Shown: in pieces, positions 57,990 to 64,000 of the stretch
How positions within the stretch are numbered: position 1 is the first letter of the stretch
How the letters are laid out: each line of letters starts with the position of its first letter
Position numbers and translations under genes: made by a program
Origin: an uncultured Acidobacteriota bacterium
GTDB taxonomy: Bacteria; Acidobacteriota; Thermoanaerobaculia; Multivoradales; UBA5704
Assembly: GCA_963700145.1 (NCBI GenBank)
Contig: OY969474.1
Span: 4,352,001-4,416,000, forward strand
Direction: 5' to 3'
Length of the DNA: 64,000 bases
Notes under the pieces: generated by a model
What the model was told of the DNA's origin: nothing
What the model saw: the letters and a program-made list of their open reading frames with translations, nothing else
Databases searched by the model: none

Positions 57990-59144
57990 TCAGGCGGCCC
58001 CGGTGAGGAGTTCGAGGTGCGGCGCCAGGCGCTCGCGGAAGCGCTCGGCGGTGAAGTCGCGGAGGAAGCGGCGCCGGCCGGCCTCGCCGAGTCGCTGCGC
58101 CAGGTCCGGCTCGGCGAGGAGGCGCGCCAGCGCCGCGGCCAGCTCCGCCGTGTCGTCCGCGGCGACGAGGAAGCCGGTCTCGCCGTCGACGACCACCTCT
58201 TCAGCGGCGCCGCCGCGCGCCGCGACGCAGGGCTTGCCGGCGCGCATCGCTTCCAGGTAGACGAGCCCGAACCCCTCGCCGCGGCTGGGCATGGCGAAGA
58301 CCGCGCAGCGGCGGTACAGCTCGGCGAGCGTCGCCTCGCCGACGAAGCCGGTGAAGGTCACCCGCTCGCCCAGCCCCAGCGCCGCGGCGCGCGCCTCGAG
58401 TCGCGGCCGGTCCGCGCCCTCGCCGGCGACGACGAGGCGGGCGCCGGGGACCGCGGCGAGGGCGGCCAGCAACTCGTCGTGCCCCTTGTAGCGCTCGCGC
58501 GGGTCCATCCGCCCGACGATCAGGACGTACCCCTCGCCGAGCCGTGCCGCAAGCGCGCGGTCGACGGGTCCGGCCGGCGCGCGGTCGGAAAGCGCCAGCG
58601 GCACGACCCGCGCCCGCTCGAGGCCGGGGCAGAAGGGGCGGGCGCGCTCGAGGGTGTGGCGCGAGATGGCCAGCACGGCCGTGGCGCCGCGGACGGCGCG
58701 GGCGCGGTCCCAGGAGAGACGGCGCCAGGCCTCGATGCCGAGGAGGACGAGGAGGTAGGGGGCGCGCAGCGGTGCCGGCAGGACCGCCTGGAGGCGGGCC
58801 GGGCCGAGGAGGTCGAAGACGTAGGCCTCGTGGCGGCGGCGGAGCTGGCCGCGCCAGGCGGCGCCGGCCAGCGCCAGGGGGCGGCCGGCGAAGCCGCGGG
58901 AGGGCGTCCCGGGGGGCCCTTCGCCGCGTAGCGCCAGCACCCGGAAGCCGGTGCCTTGCTGCCGCGCGAAGGCGGCGCAGGCGTCGGCCAGGAGGCGCCC
59001 GGCCGCGGCCCGCCCGCCGCCGTCGGGCTCGAGGCCGGCCGAGACCAAGACCAGGTCGCGGCGGCGGGGCGCGGAGACGGACCAGGGCACCGTCGATGCG
59101 GGTTCGGGATGCGGCACGATGCGGGACGTCGAAGCCGTGGTCAA
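57990..59144 (-). CDS. Glycosyltransferase family 4
   Basis: VGRMDPRERYKGHD, EGFGLVYLEAM; start uncertain. Confidence 0.85.
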   Translation of the reverse strand: MTTASTSRIVPHPEPASTVPWSVSAPRRRDLVLVSAGLEPDGGGRAAAGRLLADACAAFARQQGTGFRVLALRGEGPPGTPSRGFAGRPLALAGAAWRGQLRRRHEAYVFDLLGPARLQAVLPAPLRAPYLLVLLGIEAWRRLSWDRARAVRGATAVLAISRHTLERARPFCPGLERARVVPLALSDRAPAGPVDRALAARLGEGYVLIVGRMDPRERYKGHDELLAALAAVPGARLVVAGEGADRPRLEARAAALGLGERVTFTGFVGEATLAELYRRCAVFAMPSRGEGFGLVYLEAMRAGKPCVAARGGAAEEVVVDGETGFLVAADDTAELAAALARLLAEPDLAQRLGEAGRRRFLRDFTAERFRERLAPHLELLTGAA

Positions 59145-59237
59145 CTTCTAGGCGGACAAGGAGTTCGGGGACGCGGCGGATTCTCGCAGAAGTGGCGCGA
59201 GGAAGCAATCCGGCGAGCGGCCTGGCGGCCGCGCGCG

Positions 59238-60587
59238 TCAGTCCTGCGCGACGAAGGCGGGGGTCGCGGCCTCGGGGCCGGCGGCGGCACGGCGGGAAGC
59301 CTCGCGCAGCAGCTCCAGGGCGGCGTGGCCGTCGTGCGCGATGCGGGCGAGCTGGGAGAGCGAAGCGAGCAGCTCGCGGCCCCAACCGAGGGACTGGAAG
59401 ATGGGGATCGCCTCGCTCACCAGGCGCACCGCGCCGGCGACGCTGCCCAGGCCCAGGCAGACGGTCGCCAGGTCGAGCGAGATCACGGCCGATTCCATGG
59501 CCAGGCCGCGCGCCAGGAAACCTTCGCGGACCGCCTGCAGGTGCGCCTCGGCCGCGGCGAGCTCGCCCAGCTCGCGGTCGATCAGGCCGCGCGTCCAGCG
59601 CCAGCGCAGGAGGGCCAGCGCGTCGTCGGAGGCGGCGAAGAGCGGCGCCCCCTCGCGCCACAGGGCGTCGGCCCGCTCGGGCTGCCCGAGGTCGGTGTAG
59701 CAGCGGACCAGGTTGATGGTCGCCGCCTGCATCAGGTCCAGGTGCTGCGCGGGGTCGAGCACTTCGAGGCAGGGGCGGAGGGAGCGGACCGCCCCTTCCG
59801 GGTCGCCGGCGGCGATCTGGATGATGCTCTGCGTGATCAGCGTCGCCGCCTCTTCGACCGGGTCCCCGAGGTCGCGGTAGATGGCGGCGGCCCGCTGCAG
59901 CAGCTCGAACGCCTCCTGGAACTGGCGCCGGAGGCGGCGCAACGAGGCGAGCTGGCGGTAGAGCCTGGCCCGCAGGACCTGGTCGCCGCTCCCTTCGTCG
60001 AGGTGATGGCAGGCGACCGCGAAGGCGTCCTCGGCCTCGAGCGGCTCGCTGCGCACCCGGTGCGCGGTCCCGAGCTGCGACCAGGCGCGGGCGAGGTAGT
60101 CGTTGAGCTGCGCCTGCCGCTCGCGGCCGATGCCGCCCGCCCGGGCTGCGGCGGCCTCCGCGGCGGCGACCGCGAGGCGGGCGTAGGCCAGCATCTCGTC
60201 CGCGTCGCGCCAGCGGGCCTGGTGGCTGCGCTCGACGAACGCCGCCGAAAGGTCGGTCGAGGCGAAGGCCGGATCGTTGCGCACCTGCTCCTCCCGCTCG
60301 GCGGCCGGCAGCGCGTCCACCCGCTCGACGAGGGCACGGTGCTCACCGTGCCGGCGGGCCAGCTCGCGCAGCGCCGCGGCTTCGGCGCGCGCGAAAGCGC
60401 GGTCGTACGCGTTCTCCGCGGGGGCCTCCGCGCCGAAGCCCCAGACGTGCCGCCGGAACCAGGTGCGGCAGACCTCGCACTCGTCGACCAGGTGGCGCAG
60501 GACGTCGCGCCGTTCCTCGGGGGTCGTGCGGCCGGCGGCGAAGCGCCTGAGGACCGTCGGGGGGAGCACGTGCGGCTGGTCCGGCAT
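59238..60587 (-). CDS. TPR-like helical repeat protein with N-terminal zinc-finger (ZAS-like) motif
   Basis: H6-x25-H32-x4-C37-x2-C40 (RHLVDECEVC); helical repeats such as LARAWSQLGTAHRV and LASLRRLRRQFQEAFELL; no transmembrane segment seen. Confidence 0.75.
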   Translation of the reverse strand: MPDQPHVLPPTVLRRFAAGRTTPEERRDVLRHLVDECEVCRTWFRRHVWGFGAEAPAENAYDRAFARAEAAALRELARRHGEHRALVERVDALPAAEREEQVRNDPAFASTDLSAAFVERSHQARWRDADEMLAYARLAVAAAEAAAARAGGIGRERQAQLNDYLARAWSQLGTAHRVRSEPLEAEDAFAVACHHLDEGSGDQVLRARLYRQLASLRRLRRQFQEAFELLQRAAAIYRDLGDPVEEAATLITQSIIQIAAGDPEGAVRSLRPCLEVLDPAQHLDLMQAATINLVRCYTDLGQPERADALWREGAPLFAASDDALALLRWRWTRGLIDRELGELAAAEAHLQAVREGFLARGLAMESAVISLDLATVCLGLGSVAGAVRLVSEAIPIFQSLGWGRELLASLSQLARIAHDGHAALELLREASRRAAAGPEAATPAFVAQD

Positions 60588-60602
60588 GACGGCGGGCGCT
60601 TC

Positions 60603-60857
60603 CTACGTCACGCAGCGCACGGGGTTGCCGAACGGATCGAGACAGTTGCCTTCCGTCGGGCGCGGCGGCGGCGACCCCAGGCCGTCGCGGCCGAACCAGG
60701 CCGTCACCCGGCTCAGCCAGCCGGAGAGCCGCTCGATCGTCGCGAGCGAGAAGGGATCGACGCGCGGGTGGAGGGGCAGGGCGGCGAGAGGGGGAGCGAC
60801 GGCCAGGGCGACGGTCAGGGTGAATGCTGCCAGGAGGAGGCCGCGGCGAGCTCGCAT
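60603..60857 (-). CDS. Small secreted peptide (84 aa) with C-terminal GNCLDPFGNPVRC motif
   Basis: SD AAGGA before the ATG; Sec-type signal MRARRGLLLAAFTLTVALAVAPPLAA; Trp-containing amphipathic helix; two Cys; stop lies 15 nt before the TPR gene. Confidence 0.7.
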   Translation of the reverse strand: MRARRGLLLAAFTLTVALAVAPPLAALPLHPRVDPFSLATIERLSGWLSRVTAWFGRDGLGSPPPRPTEGNCLDPFGNPVRCVT

Positions 60858-60947
60858 CGGAGTTCCTTCTTCCGGCCGCGAGACTCGACGTCATGTCGGG
60901 GTCTTGCCGGAACTGCACAGGGAACGATGCAGAAAGCGCGCCAGCGA

Positions 60948-62675
60948 TTAAGGCAGGGCGCCGACGAAGCCGGCCCGCTCGAGGTAGAGCAGGATCTCCT
61001 GCGCCGCCTCCTCCGGGGTGGCCTCGGAGGCGTCGATCGACAGCTCGGCGTCGAGGGGCGGCTCGTAGGGGTCGGAGATGCCGGTGAACTCGGGGATGAG
61101 CCCGGCCCGCGCCTTGGCGTAGAGGCCCTTGCGGTCGCGCTCCTCGCAGACGGCGAGGGGCGTCGCCACGTGCACCAGCACGAACCCGCCGCCCGGCTCG
61201 ACCATCCGCCGCACCTCCTTGCGCACCGCATCGTAGGGGGCGATCGGGGCGCAGAGCGCGATGCCGCCGTTCTTGGTGATCTCGGAGGCGACGAAGCCGA
61301 TGCGGCGGATGTTGATGTCGCGGTGGGCCTTCGAGAAGGTGAGCTCGGAGGAGAGGTGCTTGCGCACGATGTCGCCGTCGAGGAGGGTGACCGGCCGGCC
61401 GCCCATCTCCAGGAGCTTGACCAGCAGCACGCCGGCGATCGTCGACTTGCCGGCGCCCGAGAGGCCGGTCAGGAAGACGGTGAAGCCCTGCCGGTGGCGC
61501 GGCGGGTGGGTGCGGCGCAGCTCGGCCGCCACCTCGGGGTAGGTGAACCAGGCCGGGATCTCCCGCCCTTCGGCGAGGCGCGAGCGGAGGTCGGTGCCGG
61601 AAATTGTCAGGGTGCGGGCACCCTGCGGCACTTGGTCCTCCGGCAGGTAGGAGTCCGAGTCCTCGACGTAGACCAGGTTCTGGAAGGGCACCATCTCGAC
61701 CCCCAGCTCGGCCTCGTGCGCGCGCAGCATCTGCTGTGCGTCGTAGGGGCCGTAGAAGGGGCGCCCGCGCGAGTCGTTGCCGGGGCCGGCGTGGTCACGG
61801 CCGACGATGAAGTGGGTGCAGCCGAAGTTCTTGCGCACGATGGCGTGGAAGAGGGCCTCGCGCGGCCCGGCCATGCGCATCGACAGCGGCAGCAGGGCGA
61901 GCATCGCCGTCTGCCGCGGGAAGCGCTCGAGCACCGCCTGGTAGCAGCGCACGCGGGTGTAATGGTCGAGGTCGCCCGGCTTGGTCATGCCGACGACCGG
62001 ATGGATGAGGAGGTTGGCCTGCGCCTGCTTGGCGGCGGCGAGCGCCAGCTCGCAGTGCGCGCGGTGCATCGGGTTGCGGGTCTGGAAGGCGACCACCCGG
62101 CGCCAACCGCGGCGGGTGAGCTCCTCGCGCACCTCGGCCGGGGTGAGGCGCAGGGAGCGGAAGTCGTAGTGGGCGGGGAGCTGGATGCCTTCGAGCCGGC
62201 CGGCGACGGCCAGCCACCCCTCGCGCTCGTAGAGGTCGGCGACGCCGGGATGCTTGCGGTCGGTGGTGCCGAAGACCGCCTCGGCGACGGGCTCGCGCTC
62301 GCGCTCCCAGGTCTCCTCGACGGTGAGCGCCGCGAGCATGACGCCTTCGGCGTCGCGCAGCGCCAGCGCCGCGCCGGGGCGGAGCCGCGCCCCCAGCTCC
62401 GGCGGCACTTCCAGCGCCACCGGCAAGGGCCAGAGCGTGCCGTCCGCCAAGCGCATTCGCTCGCAGACCGCGTCGTGGTCGGCGCGCCCGAGGAAGCCGG
62501 TGAGCGGCGAGAAGGCGCCGGAGAGGAGCAGCTCGAGGTCGCACTGTTGGCGCGCCGTCAGGTCCCAGGAGGGCCAGTCGCGCGAGGCGGCCTTGAGCTC
62601 CGCCGCCCGTTCGGGCGCGGCGAGCAGGTCGAGCAGACGACCGCCGTGCGGCTCGATCAGGTGGTCGATGGACGT
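60948..62675 (-). CDS. sat: Bifunctional sulfate adenylyltransferase / adenylylsulfate kinase
   Basis: HLIEPHGG, DLELLLSGAFSPLTGF, FQTRNPMHRAH, VGRDHAG; APS kinase GLSGAGKST, LLDGD, DPYEPP; the frame extends 73 codons beyond the first ATG (62456) and the start codon is non-canonical. Confidence 0.9.
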   Translation of the reverse strand, partial: TSIDHLIEPHGGRLLDLLAAPERAAELKAASRDWPSWDLTARQQCDLELLLSGAFSPLTGFLGRADHDAVCERMRLADGTLWPLPVALEVPPELGARLRPGAALALRDAEGVMLAALTVEETWEREREPVAEAVFGTTDRKHPGVADLYEREGWLAVAGRLEGIQLPAHYDFRSLRLTPAEVREELTRRGWRRVVAFQTRNPMHRAHCELALAAAKQAQANLLIHPVVGMTKPGDLDHYTRVRCYQAVLERFPRQTAMLALLPLSMRMAGPREALFHAIVRKNFGCTHFIVGRDHAGPGNDSRGRPFYGPYDAQQMLRAHEAELGVEMVPFQNLVYVEDSDSYLPEDQVPQGARTLTISGTDLRSRLAEGREIPAWFTYPEVAAELRRTHPPRHRQGFTVFLTGLSGAGKSTIAGVLLVKLLEMGGRPVTLLDGDIVRKHLSSELTFSKAHRDINIRRIGFVASEITKNGGIALCAPIAPYDAVRKEVRRMVEPGGGFVLVHVATPLAVCEERDRKGLYAKARAGLIPEFTGISDPYEPPLDAELSIDASEATPEEAAQEILLYLERAGFVGALP

Positions 62676-62697
62676 GGGCGGTGCGGCGAGCCGGCGC

Positions 62698-63321
62698 TTA
62701 CGGTCGGGAAGGCGACGGCTCGTCGTCGATGATCAGGATGCCGGTGATCGGCACGGCCGCCAGTGCGGTCGGCAGCTTCCACCAGGCGACCACGCAGGCG
62801 CGGCAGAACTCGTCGGCGCGCCGGATCCCCTGAAAGTTGACGCGCGTGACGATGCCGTCGCAGAGGAAGCCCAGCACCGGCTTGTGGCCCTGCTGCTGCG
62901 CGATGGTCTCGCCGACCGTCAGGTTGCTGGCCACGCCCTCTTCCCGCTCCGCCAGGCGCACCGGACAGTTGCCGTTGACTTTCGCCCTGCGCACGGCGCT
63001 CTTCGCCACCTCCGTGCCCGCGGCGTCGACGAGGGCGGCGTAGTACTCCACCTCCTCGTTGCGCCGTTCCGGCCGCGGGAAGACGCCCCAGTAGCGGCCG
63101 CCTCCCGCGGGCTCCAGCTCCACCCAGTAGGTCTCGCCGTGGTCGCGCCATTTGAAGTAGAGGCGCGGGGACTCGCCGGCGGGCTCGTTGGTGGCGGTCG
63201 CCTTGACGAGAGCGTTGTCGCCCACGGGGATGCACTGCAGCTGCTCGATCTCGATCGTCTGGGCGTGGATGGCGGTCGCTGCGAGGAGCGCCGCGCCGGC
63301 TGCGATGAGGATCCGCTTCAT
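62698..63321 (-). CDS. Secreted hypothetical protein with C-terminal hydrophobic segment
   Basis: SD GGAG; signal MKRILIAAGAALLAATAIHA; EVEYY Ig-like strand; 5 Cys; ends LAAVPITGILII-DDEPSPSRP. Confidence 0.72.
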   Translation of the reverse strand: MKRILIAAGAALLAATAIHAQTIEIEQLQCIPVGDNALVKATATNEPAGESPRLYFKWRDHGETYWVELEPAGGGRYWGVFPRPERRNEEVEYYAALVDAAGTEVAKSAVRRAKVNGNCPVRLAEREEGVASNLTVGETIAQQQGHKPVLGFLCDGIVTRVNFQGIRRADEFCRACVVAWWKLPTALAAVPITGILIIDDEPSPSRP

Positions 63322-63374
63322 GGCCACAATCTCCCGAAAGGGTGCTTCCACATTAGGCGGAAGCCGTTCTCCTG

Positions 63375-64000
63375 TCAACGTCCGCCGGTGCCGCCGCTGG
63401 TCCGCGAGCGCAGGATGCGCTTCGCGTACGCGTCGACGTACGGCGTGCGTTCGAGGTTGGGAAGCGAACGTTCGAGGGCGCTGGCGGCGGCCTCCCTCTC
63501 CCCTGATTCGTAGAGCGCCACCGCGAGGTAGAAGAGCAGCTCGGGGCGCGCGTCGCCGGGGTCGCCGCCGCGCTTGAAGTACGAAGCGGCATCCTGCCAG
63601 CGGGCGGAGCGGTAGGCGGCCTCGGCGGCCAAGTGCTGCGCCTCGCGCGAGCCCGGATTGGCGTCGGCCAGCTCGCGGGCGAGGGTGAGCCCCTGGCGCA
63701 ATTCGTCCTGGACGCCGGTCGCGAGGAGGCGCCGCACCCGGTCGAGGCCCTCGGCGAGGGGGACCTGCGGCGCCGGCGCGGCGGTCGGCTTCGCGGGGGC
63801 GGCGGTCGTCTCGCGCGGGTTGACCGGCGGCTGCCTGGCGCCGGCCGGGGTCCGCGCCGCGGCAGCCGGCGGCCGCCCCGCCGGCGGTGTCGCCGCCGTC
63901 GCCTGCGCCGCGGCGAGGCCCTTCTGAACCCGCTGCGCGAGCCCCGCGATCTGGCGTTCGCGCGCCACCTCCGGGGGTAGAGCGCGCACCAGCTCGTCGG
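63375..64000 (-). CDS. C-terminal part of a TPR-containing protein (partial)
   Basis: Frame open to the window edge; Pro/Ala linker then TPR motifs (AEAAYRSARWQDAASYF; LFYLAVALYESGEREAAASAL). Confidence 0.7.
   Translation of the reverse strand, partial: DELVRALPPEVARERQIAGLAQRVQKGLAAAQATAATPPAGRPPAAAARTPAGARQPPVNPRETTAAPAKPTAAPAPQVPLAEGLDRVRRLLATGVQDELRQGLTLARELADANPGSREAQHLAAEAAYRSARWQDAASYFKRGGDPGDARPELLFYLAVALYESGEREAAASALERSLPNLERTPYVDAYAKRILRSRTSGGTGGR

Noticed and set aside
58956-62732. Very long alternative-frame ORFs (e.g. 58956-62732, 31199-34870, most of 8342-11611, 29242-31608)
   Set aside because: These are Arg/Gly/Ala-rich shadow ORFs of high-GC DNA overlapping well-supported genes; only the 10688-11611 tail (GNAT) is retained.

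Overview
A very GC-rich bacterial window; gene content is consistent with Acidobacteriota/Thermoanaerobaculia, but that is inference only. It is dominated by surface-glycan biosynthesis. (1) A mostly + strand block (0.3-21.8 kb) encodes an orphan Wzt ABC ATPase, a radical SAM/SPASM enzyme, GT2/GT4 transferases, a Dol-P-type GT with a YfhO-like GT-C partner, a GNAT, two sulfatase-like proteins and a PIG-L/GT2/coiled-coil fusion. (2) A ~25 kb, largely translationally coupled - strand Wzx/Wzy-type polysaccharide operon (33.7-59.1 kb) has many GT4s, methyltransferases, a carbamoyltransferase and an AsnB amidotransferase. Between them lies an unusual lasso-peptide-like RiPP operon (24.8-31.5 kb, - strand). 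It comprises a secreted SdrD-B-like protein, cyclase-like gene 1, an unannotated 62-aa precursor with a YxxPxLxxxGxxxxxT leader, cyclase-like gene 2 and an HPr-kinase-like gene. No RRE or leader peptidase is present, and a SARP/BTAD regulator sits divergently. Immediately upstream of the polysaccharide operon is a small secreted peptide (C-terminal EGNCLDPFGNPVRC) paired with a zinc-finger/TPR protein, a candidate peptide-signalling module. An 11 x 21-bp repeat at 35.9-36.2 kb encodes a similar GxxxDP[LF]G unit antisense to the operon. Also seen: a REP-like palindrome, probable leaderless or bidirectional promoters, and a sat-cysC gene with no canonical start codon. No rRNA, tRNA, CRISPR array or transposase was detected.
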